Notes under the pieces: model-generated | The model's database searches: none | Seen by the model: only the letters and a program-made list of their open reading frames with translations | What the model was told of the DNA's origin: nothing | Made by a program: the position numbers and the translations under genes | From: Trueperaceae bacterium | GTDB taxonomy: Bacteria > Deinococcota > Deinococci > Deinococcales > Trueperaceae | Reading direction: 5' to 3' | Length of the DNA: 45,153 bases | NCBI GenBank assembly: GCA_040905465.1 | Contig: JBBDRK010000027.1 | Location: 1-45,153 of the forward strand | In this document: one piece after another, positions 22,027 to 31,780 of the stretch | How the letters are laid out: each line of letters begins with the position of its first letter | How positions within the stretch are numbered: position 1 is the stretch's first letter

Positions 22027-22836
22027 ATGGTAACATCGGCCGTGCTCCTGCAAGAGGTCCGATTGCCGTCGCCGAGCGGACATTTTCCGTTCAGCCTGCC
22101 GCTGCTTCGCAACTCCGGTGCCATTGCCCTGGACCGGCCGGTTACGGTGCTGGTCGGCGAGAACGGCAGCGGAAAGAGCACCCTGTTGGAGGCGATAGCG
22201 CTGGCGTGCGAGCTGCCGGTGGTCGGCAGCGTCGAGAGTTCCGCCGCCGATTCCTCGCTCGACGCGGTCAGGCCGCTGGCCGACGCACTCAAACTCACTT
22301 GGAGCCGCCGGACCCGGCGCGGCCTGTTCCTGCGGGCCGAGGACTACTTCGGTTACGTGACGGCACAGAACCGCATGAAGGCCGAGATGCGGGGCGAACT
22401 CGAACGACTGCGCCGGGAAAACCCGACACTGCCGGAGCTCGAGCTGCGGCGCATCAGTTCACCGTTTGCCGGCTCGCTGGCGGCGACCGAACAGCGCTAC
22501 GGCGGCGACCTGGACGCACGCAGTCATGGCGAGAGCTTCCTGGCGCTGTTCAAGGGGCGGCTGACCGGCGAGGGGCTATACGTTCTCGATGAACCGGAAG
22601 CGGCCCTCTCACCGCTGCGGCAACTGGCGTTCATGGCTTTGCTGAAGGACGCGGTAGCGCGAGGCGCCCAGTTCCTGATCGCTACACACGCCCCCATGCT
22701 GATGGCGTTTCCGGGCGCGCGCTTGTACGAGGTCCGCGACGAAGAGATCGTTCGGGCCGAGTACGACGAGCTCGAGCACGTACGGACGATGCGCGACTTC
22801 CTGGCCGCGCCGGAGGCATTTCTGCGGCATTTGTGA
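22027..22836 (+). CDS. Predicted ABC-type AAA ATPase (COG3910-like)
   Basis: [53 protein letters not shown] before ATG 22027. Confidence 0.9.
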   Translation: MVTSAVLLQEVRLPSPSGHFPFSLPLLRNSGAIALDRPVTVLVGENGSGKSTLLEAIALACELPVVGSVESSAADSSLDAVRPLADALKLTWSRRTRRGLFLRAEDYFGYVTAQNRMKAEMRGELERLRRENPTLPELELRRISSPFAGSLAATEQRYGGDLDARSHGESFLALFKGRLTGEGLYVLDEPEAALSPLRQLAFMALLKDAVARGAQFLIATHAPMLMAFPGARLYEVRDEEIVRAEYDELEHVRTMRDFLAAPEAFLRHL

Positions 22837-22854
22837 GGCGGCTCCGAGCGTCCG

Positions 22855-23157
22855 CCTACCTACCTGTTTAGCGGCGGCATTCCCAAGTACCTGCGGGCGG
22901 TGGATACTTCTCGGCCGCTCACCGCCAACATCATCGAACTGCTGGAGCTGGACGCGTATATCGAGCGCCAGGAAGCGGGACCGAGCGTCACTAGTGTCAC
23001 ACAGTCGGCGTTGAGGGAGTTCCTGGCAGTGCAGCGGCTGAAGGAGTTGGAGCATCGACCCGCTCCCGGACCGATAAAGATCACGCCGGCCGAGCCTGGA
23101 AGCGGCCGATACGATATCGGAATCGATCACGACAGGTACCTGGCCGAACCCGAGTGA
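22855..23157 (+). pseudogene. Chimeric remnant: archaeal-type ATPase (COG1672-like) fragment fused to an N-terminally truncated VapB-like antitoxin
   Basis: The frame reads PTYLFSGGIPKYLRAVDTSRPLTANIIELL, then ELDAYIERQEA.PSVT...Q.ALREFL...GSGRYDIGIDHDRYLA. No RBS or convincing start. Confidence 0.5.
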
Positions 23158-23216
23158 AGGGCGTGCTGGTCGACACGCCTGGCCCGGTTGAACGCGAGAA
23201 GAAGGCGACCGGCTAG
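23154..23216 (+). pseudogene. Truncated PIN/VapC toxin stub
   Basis: GTG overlaps the antitoxin stop (GTGA) and reads MKGVLVDT, a PIN-like first strand with Asp, then stops after 20 aa. Confidence 0.5.
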
Positions 23217-23776
23217 CCGACCGAACCCGCGAAATCCCGCTGCAGTTGCCGCAGGTGATGCTCGAAGTGCCAGCCCGCCATCTGCAGGCATTCGAGCACC
23301 GACAGTTCGCCGAAAAAAGAGTGGGACAGGGCGACCCGGTCGAGTTTGCCGAGGTCGCTCGCGCGCCGCACCGCCCGCTCGAGATCCTCAACGGTTTGCC
23401 TCAAGTCGGCGACCAACTCCTCGCGCGCGCGTCCGGTGCGCGGCACCACCAGCGGTGGCGAAACCGGCTTGCCCTCCGAGCTGAGTTCACCCTTCGGCAT
23501 CACTGGCGGCGAACGATCCCCACAGGCTCGCACCACTACCTTCGCCAACAGGCCGGTGGCCAGGATCAGATGGTCGCTGACCTCTGCCGGGGACCATTTG
23601 CCGCCCACCGGCGAACTTCGCAGCGCCTCGTCATCGAGCGTCTCCAAAACGGCACGAAGTCGCCCGCCGGCGTCCGCCAATCGTTCCAGCGCCGTCGGTA
23701 GCGACGAATCGGTCTGCAGAAATACCGACTTCGGATAGTAGGAGTCGATCTGTGTCACTGATGAGAACACATCCAT
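23213..23776 (-). CDS. DinB family protein (DinB_2, putative thiol S-transferase fold)
   Basis: KWSPAEVSDHL, HSFFGEL, H..HHLRQ metal triad. Confidence 0.88.
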   Translation of the reverse strand: MDVFSSVTQIDSYYPKSVFLQTDSSLPTALERLADAGGRLRAVLETLDDEALRSSPVGGKWSPAEVSDHLILATGLLAKVVVRACGDRSPPVMPKGELSSEGKPVSPPLVVPRTGRAREELVADLRQTVEDLERAVRRASDLGKLDRVALSHSFFGELSVLECLQMAGWHFEHHLRQLQRDFAGSVG

Positions 23777-23788
23777 CGAGCCGGTCCT

Positions 23789-25222
23789 TCAGCCCTCGAG
23801 AGCGAGAAGGAACGGCTCCTCGATCGCTTCGCACAACCATCTCAGGAAGCGCGCGGCGGACGCACCGTCTATCAATCGGTGATCGTAGCTGAGCGCGAGC
23901 GGCATCATCAGCTGGGGAACGAACTCGCCCTTCTCGCGATCGAACACCGGCTCGAAACCGCCGCGCGACACGCCCAGGATCGCCACGTCCGGCGGGTTGA
24001 CTATGGGCGTGAAGCCGGTGCCGCCGATTCCTCCGAGGTTGCTGACACTGAAGTTGCCACCTTGCATCTCCTCCAGTGACAGCTTGCGGTCGCGCGCCTT
24101 CTCCGCCAGCTCGCCGAGCTCCCGGGCGAGCTCCACCATGCTCTTCTTGTCGGCGTCGCGGATGACAGGCACCAACAGGCCCGCGTCGGTGTCTACCGCT
24201 ACGCCGACATTGACGTAGCTCTTGTAGACGATCTCCTGCGCCTCCACGTCTATCGAGGCATTGAAGTCCGGAAAGCGCCGCAGAGCGGCCGCCACGATCC
24301 TGATGATCATCGCCGTGGGCGTGAGCTTGGCCCCGACCGCTTCGGCCTTGGCGCCGTAGCGCTTGCGAAGCCGCTCGAACTCTGTGATGTCGGTCTTGTC
24401 GAAATGCGTGACCATCGGAACGGTCGACCAGGCATTGGCCATCGCCCGTACGGTGGCCTTGCGGATTCCAGACATCGGTTTGCGCTCGACGCCGCCCCAC
24501 TTGCTGAAGTCGGGCAGGGGCGCGGCAGGAACTGTCGCGGTACCGGAAGCGGTACGACCGCCGCCGTCGGCAAAACGCAGGAGATCGTCGGCGGAGATGC
24601 GGCCCAGGATGCCGCTCCCCGGCACCTGCCGGATGTCTAACCCCTTCTCTCGCGCGAGACGCCGCACCGATGGCGCCGCCGGTATCAGCGCACCGGTCGA
24701 TGACTTCTCGGCCAAGGGAGGCAAGGTCTGGCGCTCGGCCGCCGTGAGAGGGCCGGTTTCCGCTCCATCGCGCGGTGGGCCCTCGCGCCGGCCGTCGTCG
24801 GAAGGGGCAGCGGAGTCCGCTCGCGGTGAAGGCGGTCCCTTGCTGGCCTCGTCGGTGCCGCCCGTCGGTTGGGTGGCGGCTCCGGTTTCCGCCTGCCCGG
24901 TCTCCGCGGGCTCGGCATCTGCTGGCTCGGCATCTGCGGGCTCTGTCTCCGCGGCCCCGGGGCCACCGGCGGCTTCGCCCGTCCCGCCGTCGCCAACAGT
25001 GAGGATGACCTGTCCCACGCGGGCCTCCTGGCCCTGCTGCACTCCTATCGACTCTACCCGGCCGGCCACGCTGGACGGCACTTCCACCACTGCCTTGTCG
25101 GTCTCCAGCTCGAGCACCGGCTGGTCGACCGATACTTCGTCGCCGACGGCCACCAGCACGCTCACCACGGTGCCCGCATCGATGCCTTCGCCGACCTCGG
25201 GGAGCTTGAATTCTTTAGCCAC
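23789..25222 (-). CDS. aceF: Pyruvate dehydrogenase E2, dihydrolipoamide acetyltransferase (single lipoyl domain)
   Basis: ETDKA lipoyl motif, [11 protein letters not shown]3-binding domain, SYDHRLIDG catalytic motif. Confidence 0.96.
   Translation of the reverse strand: MAKEFKLPEVGEGIDAGTVVSVLVAVGDEVSVDQPVLELETDKAVVEVPSSVAGRVESIGVQQGQEARVGQVILTVGDGGTGEAAGGPGAAETEPADAEPADAEPAETGQAETGAATQPTGGTDEASKGPPSPRADSAAPSDDGRREGPPRDGAETGPLTAAERQTLPPLAEKSSTGALIPAAPSVRRLAREKGLDIRQVPGSGILGRISADDLLRFADGGGRTASGTATVPAAPLPDFSKWGGVERKPMSGIRKATVRAMANAWSTVPMVTHFDKTDITEFERLRKRYGAKAEAVGAKLTPTAMIIRIVAAALRRFPDFNASIDVEAQEIVYKSYVNVGVAVDTDAGLLVPVIRDADKKSMVELARELGELAEKARDRKLSLEEMQGGNFSVSNLGGIGGTGFTPIVNPPDVAILGVSRGGFEPVFDREKGEFVPQLMMPLALSYDHRLIDGASAARFLRWLCEAIEEPFLLALEG
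24906..24950 (-). repeat. 15-bp coding tandem repeat in the E2 linker ([15 protein letters not shown])
   Basis: GCGGGCTCGGCATCT / GCTGGCTCGGCATCT / GCGGGCTCTGTCTCC. Confidence 0.75.
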
Positions 25223-25233
25223 GCACTATCTCC

Positions 25234-27954
25234 TTAGGACACGAACGGGTTTTGCTTGTTCGCGTCGATTCCGAGATCGGTCATCGCTCGCGACAAGGTA
25301 TCACTGTCTATTTCGCCGTCATCGGCAAGCGCCTTCAAGGTGGCAAAGGCGATATGGCGGGCGTCCACTTCGAAGAAGTCGCGAAGCTCGGCACGCGCCT
25401 CGCTGCGCCCGAAGCCGTCCGTACCCAGCGCCGTCATCCGCTTGGGAAGGTGTCCGGACAACGAGTCGGGCAGAAGCCGCAGATAGTCGGAAGCGGCCAC
25501 CAGTACGCCCTCGGCGTCCGCCAGCGCCTCAGCCACATAGGCGCGCTTGGGTTCTTCCTGGGGATTCAACCGGTTCCAGCGTTCTACCCGCAACGCTTCC
25601 TGGTGCAACTCCTTGTACGACGTCGCGCTCCACACGCTTGCCGCGACCTTGTACTCGGCGAGCAGCTCCTGCGCTTTGAGCACCTCGTTCATTATCGCGC
25701 CGGAGCCCAACAGTTGCGCCTTTGCCTTGAACCTGCGGCTGGTCGGCCGGAACAGGTAGAGACCCTTGAGCACGCCCTGCTCGAGTTCTTCCCGGCTCAG
25801 GTGCTCGGGGGCGGCCGGCTGCGCATAGTTCTCGTTGCCGATCGTCAGGTAGAACTGCTCGTCCTGCTGCTCCTCGAACATCCGCCGCATCCCCTCGCGG
25901 ATCACTATCGCCAGCTCGAAGGCAAAGGCGGGGTCGTAGGCCCTGAGCGTGGGAATCGGATAGGCCAGTACATGTGAGTGTCCATCCTGGTGCTGCAGCC
26001 CTTCCCCGGCCAGGGTGGTGCGTCCGGCGGTTGCACCCAGCATGAAGCCTCTGGTGCGCATGTCGGCGGCAGCCCAGGCGAGGTCGCCGATGCGCTGGAA
26101 GCCGAACATCGAGTAATAGATGAAGAAGGGAACCGTGTTGACCCCGTGCGTGGCGTAGGCCGTTCCGGCGGCGATGTAGGACGACATCGAGCCCGCCTCG
26201 GTGATGCCCTCCTCGAGGATCTGGCCGTCGGTCGACTCCTTGTAGTACAGCAGGTTCTCCTTGTCGACCGGCTCGTAGAGCTGGCCCACGCTCGAATAGA
26301 TGCCGATCTGGCGGAAGAGAGCCTCCATGCCGAAGGTGCGCGCCTCGTCGGGAATGATCGGTACTACCAGGCGGCCCCAGGCCTCGTCGCGCAAGAGCTT
26401 GCGCAGCAACTGAACGAAGACCATCGTGGTGGACACTTCACGGTCACCGGTGCCGGCGAAGAACTCTTCGAACAACTCGCCAGCGGGGGCGGGCAGCGGC
26501 TCGGCCGACGGACGCCGCCGAGGTATGAAGCCGCCGAGCGCCTCGCGCCGCTCCACCAGGTAGCGATGTTCGGCGCTTCCCTCTTCTGGGCGGTAGAAGG
26601 GGAACTTCCCGATCTCCTCTACCGGCACGGGAATCTCGAACCGGTCGCGAAAGGCCCTCATTTCGTCCTCGTTGAGCTTCTTCTGCTGGTGGGTGACGTT
26701 CTTGCCTTCACCCGACTCACCCAGCCCGTAACCCTTGACCGTTCGCGCCAGAATGGCGACGGGCATACCCGAGTGTTCCATGGCCCGCTGGTAGGCGGCA
26801 TACACCTTGATCGGGTCGTGGCCGCCGCGATTGAGTTGGTCGAGGTCCTCGTCGGTCCAGCCGTCGATGAGCCTCTTCAGTGCGGGCGTGTCGAAGAAGT
26901 TCTCGCGCAACTCCTTGGCCCCGAACGCCGCGTAGCGCTGCGACTCGCCGTCGACCAGCCGCCCGAAACGCTCGATCAGCACCCCGTCGTCGTCCTTGGC
27001 CAGCAGCCTGTCCCAGCCGCGGCCCCAGGCCACCTTGATGACGTACCAGCCGGCGCCGCGCAATATGCCTTCGAGCTCCTGCATGATCTGGCCGTTGCCG
27101 TATACCGGGCCGTCCAGCCGTTGCAGGTTGCAGTTGATGACCCAGATGAGGTTGTCGAGCTTCTCACGGGCGGCGAACTTTACCGCACCCAGTGTCTCCG
27201 GCTCGTCGGTCTCGCCGTCGCCCAGGAACGCCCAGACCTTGCCGCGACCACGCGGCTTGAGGCCCCGATTCTCCAGGTAGCGGTTGAAGCGCGCCTGGTA
27301 GATCGACATTATCGGCGCCAGCCCCATCGAAACGGTGGGGAAGCTCCAGTAGTCGGGCATGAGCCAGGGGTGCGGGTAGGACGAGAGCGCCGGGCCGTCC
27401 TGGAGCTCGCGCCGGAAGTTGCGGAGCTGGTCCACGTCGAAGCGCCGCTCCAGGTAGGATCGGGCGTAGATGCCCGGCGACGCGTGTCCCTGGTAGTAGA
27501 TCTGGTCAGCGTCGGCGCCTGCATCGGGGCCGCGGAAGAAGTGGTTGAACGCCACTTCGTAGAGGGTGGCGGCAGAGGCGTAACTGGAGATGTGGCCGCC
27601 GATCCCGTCCGACAGCTTGTTGGCCCGAACGACCATGGCCATGGCGTTCCAGCGGATCAGGTTGCGGATTCTGCGCTCGATCTGCAGGTCCCCAGGGTAC
27701 TCCGGCTCGTCGCCGGCGGGGATGGTGTTTACATAAGGGGTGACGGCGGCGAACGGAATGTCGACGCCGTGGCGCTTGGCGTGCGTCTCCAGCTTTCGCA
27801 GGATCTCCATCACCCGCTCGGGTCCGCCGGACGCCAGGACGTAGTCCAGCGACTCGAGCCACTCGCGGGTTTCCAGCCGGTCTAGCTCACGACGTTCCGT
27901 CGGCTCCAATTGCGATCGGTCCACGTTGAGTAGTTCATCGAGTACGTCTGCCAT
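25234..27954 (-). CDS. aceE: Pyruvate dehydrogenase E1, homodimeric type
   Basis: ETREWLESL, GGHISSYAS, QGHASPG, PTVSMGL, GDGETDEPE, EGLQHQDG. Confidence 0.98.
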   Translation of the reverse strand: MADVLDELLNVDRSQLEPTERRELDRLETREWLESLDYVLASGGPERVMEILRKLETHAKRHGVDIPFAAVTPYVNTIPAGDEPEYPGDLQIERRIRNLIRWNAMAMVVRANKLSDGIGGHISSYASAATLYEVAFNHFFRGPDAGADADQIYYQGHASPGIYARSYLERRFDVDQLRNFRRELQDGPALSSYPHPWLMPDYWSFPTVSMGLAPIMSIYQARFNRYLENRGLKPRGRGKVWAFLGDGETDEPETLGAVKFAAREKLDNLIWVINCNLQRLDGPVYGNGQIMQELEGILRGAGWYVIKVAWGRGWDRLLAKDDDGVLIERFGRLVDGESQRYAAFGAKELRENFFDTPALKRLIDGWTDEDLDQLNRGGHDPIKVYAAYQRAMEHSGMPVAILARTVKGYGLGESGEGKNVTHQQKKLNEDEMRAFRDRFEIPVPVEEIGKFPFYRPEEGSAEHRYLVERREALGGFIPRRRPSAEPLPAPAGELFEEFFAGTGDREVSTTMVFVQLLRKLLRDEAWGRLVVPIIPDEARTFGMEALFRQIGIYSSVGQLYEPVDKENLLYYKESTDGQILEEGITEAGSMSSYIAAGTAYATHGVNTVPFFIYYSMFGFQRIGDLAWAAADMRTRGFMLGATAGRTTLAGEGLQHQDGHSHVLAYPIPTLRAYDPAFAFELAIVIREGMRRMFEEQQDEQFYLTIGNENYAQPAAPEHLSREELEQGVLKGLYLFRPTSRRFKAKAQLLGSGAIMNEVLKAQELLAEYKVAASVWSATSYKELHQEALRVERWNRLNPQEEPKRAYVAEALADAEGVLVAASDYLRLLPDSLSGHLPKRMTALGTDGFGRSEARAELRDFFEVDARHIAFATLKALADDGEIDSDTLSRAMTDLGIDANKQNPFVS

Positions 27955-28166
27955 ATGAACTCGTCATTCCTCTCACTCTTCGTCCGGCACCCTGCACTGC
28001 TGTCGTGCCGGCAGCTTCGTCCATGCCCTCGCCGGGCTTCATTGCACCAGTCTACACCGAGGCCAACTCGCTTCCCGAACCGCCCGGCAACGCCGGAGAA
28101 CGAGTCGGACACGATAAGCAGCGGAGCCAGGCAGCAGCGCAGCGGCTGCATGTCGCCACCGTCGGC

Positions 28167-28180
28167 TGTAAGCGATTACG
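28167..28180. promoter_or_regulatory. LacI-family operator (upstream copy)
   Basis: TGTAAGCGATTACG, a near-palindrome with central CG. Confidence 0.7.
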
Positions 28181-28224
28181 GAGCAATCCCAGCACAGATA
28201 GAGCGTTTGCGTTGGTCAGGGCTA

Positions 28225-28253
28225 TTGACAGCGTTGCCCGCGTTGCATACTCT
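28225..28253 (+). promoter_or_regulatory. Promoter of the LacI-sugar ABC operon
   Basis: TTGACA-N17-TACTCT. Confidence 0.75.
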
Positions 28254-28268
28254 GACAGCTACAGTTCT

Positions 28269-28282
28269 CGTAAGCGGTTACA
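28269..28282. promoter_or_regulatory. LacI-family operator (downstream of the predicted TSS)
   Basis: CGTAAGCGGTTACA, a near-palindrome matching the upstream copy. Confidence 0.75.
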
Positions 28283-28310
28283 GTCAAGTCGCGTACAGAC
28301 GGAGGCGCCC

Positions 28311-29306
28311 ATGGCCAGCAGGTCGACGAACGCACGCGTGTCGTCGCGGTCCACGATCGGTGACGTAGCGCTTGCTGCCGGGGTCTCAACGGGGACCGTG
28401 AGCAGGGTGTTGAACGATCGCGCCGGGGTCCACCCGGCTACGCGCGAGATGGTACTGGCGACTATCGAGCGGCTCGGCTACCGCCCGGATGCCGTCGCTC
28501 GCACCCTGTCGTTTCGCCAACCGACCCGGATAGGGCTCAATGTCGGAGCCGGATCGCGCCGATTGACACCCTTCTTCATGCTTTTCCTGGAGAGCCTGAT
28601 AGGCGAGTTGAGCTCAGACGGATATCTACTGGAGGAGATCGCCAACGGCCCCGATGGCCTGCCCGAGCGTCTCGCAGACGCCTTCGTGCTGTTCGGCGCC
28701 CATGACGACGACATCAGGCTTTCCTACCTGAGCGAGTTGGGGGTTCCCTTCGTGCTGCTGGGCCACGCCGAAGGGGTGCGCTGGGTGATGCCGGACGATC
28801 GCGACGGTGGCCACCAGGCGACCTCACACCTGCTGCGCCTGGGGCACGAGCGCATCGTGCACCTGAGCGGGCTGATGCACAACCAGGCCTTCCTCGATCG
28901 CCATGAAGGCTACCGGGCCGCCATGCGCGACGCCGGCGCGCCGCTGGCTCCCGAACTGCTGGTCGACGGCGACTTCTCCTCGCTGGGCGCCTATCGAGCC
29001 GTACGCAGGGCATTGGCCGCCGATATCGGCTTCAGCGCGGTTTTCGCCGCATCCGACGAAATGGCTGTCGGGGCGATAGCCGCTCTGCAGGACTGCGGCC
29101 TCAAGGTCCCACTCGACGTATCCGTCGTCGGTTTCGACGACCTCCCCGAGATAGGTGAGGCGCTCACCACCGTTCGTCAGGACATCCCCCGGCTGGCTAC
29201 CGTGACGGTCGCGCTGTTGAAGGAAGCCGTTGCCGGAAAGCAACCCGCCAACGCAATTGTCCCGGTTCAGTTGATCGCCCGGGGAACGACCGCCCGGAGG
29301 AGGTGA
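28311..29306 (+). CDS. LacI family transcriptional regulator
   Basis: TIGDVALAAGVSTGTVSRVLN HTH, LGYRP, D.MA.G, VP.DVSVVGFDD. GGAGG RBS before ATG 28311. Confidence 0.96.
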   Translation: MASRSTNARVSSRSTIGDVALAAGVSTGTVSRVLNDRAGVHPATREMVLATIERLGYRPDAVARTLSFRQPTRIGLNVGAGSRRLTPFFMLFLESLIGELSSDGYLLEEIANGPDGLPERLADAFVLFGAHDDDIRLSYLSELGVPFVLLGHAEGVRWVMPDDRDGGHQATSHLLRLGHERIVHLSGLMHNQAFLDRHEGYRAAMRDAGAPLAPELLVDGDFSSLGAYRAVRRALAADIGFSAVFAASDEMAVGAIAALQDCGLKVPLDVSVVGFDDLPEIGEALTTVRQDIPRLATVTVALLKEAVAGKQPANAIVPVQLIARGTTARRR

Positions 29307-29374
29307 TCGCCACAGCCATCCGCAACCGGCGTCGCAACCGGTCCACCCAAGCCACGTCTGCAAGGAGGAGATGA

Positions 29375-30601
29375 ATGAAGAAGGCATCGGTTCTCGCCAT
29401 GGCGCTGTGCCTGATCGGTATCGGCATCGCGCAGACCAACATTCGCATCATGGGTTATGGAGGGCAGGACCCGGCGATCGTCCAGCGGCTGCTGGACGAT
29501 GTGATCGGCGACCGCCTCGCCGCCGAAGGGATCACCGTCAGCTACGAGCCGCTCGAGGGCGATTACAACGCCGCCCTGTTCAACGCCCTGTCGGCAGGCA
29601 CCGCGGCGGATATCTTCTACCTCCCCGGCGAGACGGCGCCCGCCATCGTCGCTACCGGCAAGGTTCTCGCGCTCGACGGTCATATCGACGTGTCGCCGTT
29701 CATCGCCAGCCTGATGGACGTATATACCTTCGATGGCCGTGTATACGGTGTCCCCAAGGACTTCAACACGCTGGCATTGGTGTACAACACCGACCTGTTC
29801 GACGAAGCGGGCGTCGAATATCCCGACGAGGACGACACCTGGGCAGATTTCGCCGACAAGCTGCGGGGTGTCTCGGCACTGGAGGACGGGGTGTACGGGG
29901 CGTGCTTCCCCACTACCTACGACCGTTTCGGAGCGTTCGCGTTCGCCAGCGGCTGGCAGCCGCCCGGAGTGGTGGAGCAGCCAGACTTTACCGACTCCGC
30001 CATGAACGAGGCGGTCGACTGGTATACCGGCTTGATTCGTGAAGGCGCCGCCGTGACGCCGGCCGACGTGGGTCAGGGCTGGACCGGCGGCTGCCTGGCG
30101 ACCGAGGAGGTCGGCGTGGCGATCGAGGGCGCCTGGATAGTGGGCTTCCTCCGCAACGATGCGCCGAACTTGCGCTACGGCGCCACATTCCTGCCGCTGG
30201 GACCCTCGGGCGAGCGCGGCAACTTCATCTACTCCGTGGCCTACGCCGTCAACAGTGACAGCCCCAACCGTGACGCCGCCCTGCTGGTCCTGGAGGCGCT
30301 CACCAGCCCCGAGGCGCAGCAATGGGTGCTGGAGGAAGGCCTGGCCATTCCCTCGCGTTCCGAGCTGGCCGACAACCCGTTCTTCGACCAGGACACCCCC
30401 GAAGCGCGGGCCAACCGCACCGTCTTCCAGGGAGCCGAGCAGGGCAACGTCTACGGCTTCCAGTTCGGCACGCTCGGCACCGACTTCATGAATCCGATCA
30501 ACGACGCCCTTTCGGCCATCGTGACCGACGGCGCCGAGATCGACCAGGCGTTGGGTCAGGCCCAGAGAAACCTCCAGGCGCTCCAGGAGCGCGCCCGCTA
30601 G
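29375..30601 (+). CDS. Carbohydrate ABC transporter substrate-binding protein
   Basis: Signal peptide ending GIA-Q, AGTAADIF, YGVPKDFNTLALVYN.DLF, EGAW. AAGGAGG RBS. Confidence 0.93.
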   Translation: MKKASVLAMALCLIGIGIAQTNIRIMGYGGQDPAIVQRLLDDVIGDRLAAEGITVSYEPLEGDYNAALFNALSAGTAADIFYLPGETAPAIVATGKVLALDGHIDVSPFIASLMDVYTFDGRVYGVPKDFNTLALVYNTDLFDEAGVEYPDEDDTWADFADKLRGVSALEDGVYGACFPTTYDRFGAFAFASGWQPPGVVEQPDFTDSAMNEAVDWYTGLIREGAAVTPADVGQGWTGGCLATEEVGVAIEGAWIVGFLRNDAPNLRYGATFLPLGPSGERGNFIYSVAYAVNSDSPNRDAALLVLEALTSPEAQQWVLEEGLAIPSRSELADNPFFDQDTPEARANRTVFQGAEQGNVYGFQFGTLGTDFMNPINDALSAIVTDGAEIDQALGQAQRNLQALQERAR

Positions 30602-30608
30602 TAACTCG

Positions 30609-30638
30609 CGTGGGGCGGAGCCGTTGCTTCGCCCCACG
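30609..30638 (+). terminator. Intercistronic hairpin after the SBP gene (stabiliser or partial terminator)
   Basis: CGTGGGGCGGAGC / GCTTCGCCCCACG 13-bp stem, 4-nt loop, no U tract. Confidence 0.65.
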
Positions 30639-30664
30639 AATGCTGTTCCCGAACGGAGGCGAAG

Positions 30665-31777
30665 ATGAAGGCAAGACGAGCCGAGGCGGTGGCGGCCTAC
30701 GCCTTCCTGACGCCTTTCCTGGCACTGCTGGCAGTGTTCTTCGTGTATGCGGCAGGGCGCGCGGCATATCTCTCTTTCACCGATTACGACCTGTTCAGCT
30801 GGCCACCGAACTTCGTCGGCTTCGGCAACTATTCCGACCTGCTGCAGGACACGGTCTTCCTGACCGCGCTGCGCAACACCGTGCTGTTTTCACTGGTCGT
30901 CACCGCTACCCAGACGGCCGGCGCCCTGGTGATGGCCTCGGTCCTCAACAGCAAGATTCGCGGCATCTCGTTCTTTCGCGCAAGCTATTACATCCCGGCG
31001 ATAGCCTCGTCCGTCGTCATCACCCTTATTTTCATGTGGCTCTTCCAGCGGCGCGGCACCGTCAACTTCATCCTCGGCCAGGTTGCCGCCCACTTGCCCC
31101 ACATCCTCCTGCTGGTCGTGCTCGCCGCACTGTTGCAGGGCGCTCAGGTGGCGTGGGAGCGGGCCCGCGGCCTGCCCGCCGGCTGGTTCGACCCGGCCCT
31201 GCTGGTGGTCTCGCTGCTGATGGCGCTGGCGGGCACGGTGCTGGCCGACTTTCTCGGCCTCATCAGGGCTGCCGCTGCCGCCAACGTCGACATCTCCTGG
31301 TTTCAGACCAGCAGAGCCGTCCCCGACGGATTCCCGTTCTGGCTGCAGGCACCGCTTCCGCTGGTGACGATCATGATGATGAACGTATTCACCACGATTC
31401 CCACTTTCATGCTCATGTATCTGGCGGCGCTGCAGGACGTGCCTCGCAGCCAGTACGAAGCCGCCTCACTCGACGGCGCCAACCCGTTCCAGCAACTGCG
31501 CTGGATCACCGTTCCCGCGGTACAGCCGGTTACCTTCCTGGTGGTGACACTGTCGCTGATCGGCACGCTCAAGGTGTTCGATCAGGTGGCGATCCTGGGC
31601 GACGCCGCACCGTTTCGTAGCCGGGTAACGCTGGCGTACTACGTCTACGACAGGATGTTCCCGGGCGGGCAGGCGCCCGAGGTGGGCTTCGCCGCGGCCT
31701 CGGCCATGTTCCTGGCGCTTCTCACTCTGCTGGTGGTCCTGCTGCAGCGCCGGTTCCTGCGCGCCGAGGGGGCTTAG
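30665..31777 (+). CDS. Carbohydrate ABC transporter permease (MalF-like)
   Basis: FVGFGNY, AL.NT, EAA loop YEAASLDGA, L.VFDQV. Confidence 0.93.
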   Translation: MKARRAEAVAAYAFLTPFLALLAVFFVYAAGRAAYLSFTDYDLFSWPPNFVGFGNYSDLLQDTVFLTALRNTVLFSLVVTATQTAGALVMASVLNSKIRGISFFRASYYIPAIASSVVITLIFMWLFQRRGTVNFILGQVAAHLPHILLLVVLAALLQGAQVAWERARGLPAGWFDPALLVVSLLMALAGTVLADFLGLIRAAAAANVDISWFQTSRAVPDGFPFWLQAPLPLVTIMMMNVFTTIPTFMLMYLAALQDVPRSQYEAASLDGANPFQQLRWITVPAVQPVTFLVVTLSLIGTLKVFDQVAILGDAAPFRSRVTLAYYVYDRMFPGGQAPEVGFAAASAMFLALLTLLVVLLQRRFLRAEGA

Positions 31778-31780
31778 GCC

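Noticed and set aside
21984..22298. N-terminal extensions making lptB and the AAA ATPase overlap head to head
   Set aside because: Better starts at 21983 (-) and 22027 (+, with RBS) remove the overlap.
22834..22836. Selenocysteine or programmed readthrough at the AAA ATPase TGA (next ORF is in frame)
   Set aside because: The ATPase ends at its normal family C-terminus (FL..PE.FLRHL), there is no evident SECIS, and being in frame has a 1-in-3 chance.
25978..27885. 635-aa plus-strand ORF
   Set aside because: Antisense shadow of aceE.
29321..29341. CGCAACCGG duplicated upstream of the SBP gene
   Set aside because: Only two short GC-rich copies, compatible with chance or a local duplication.
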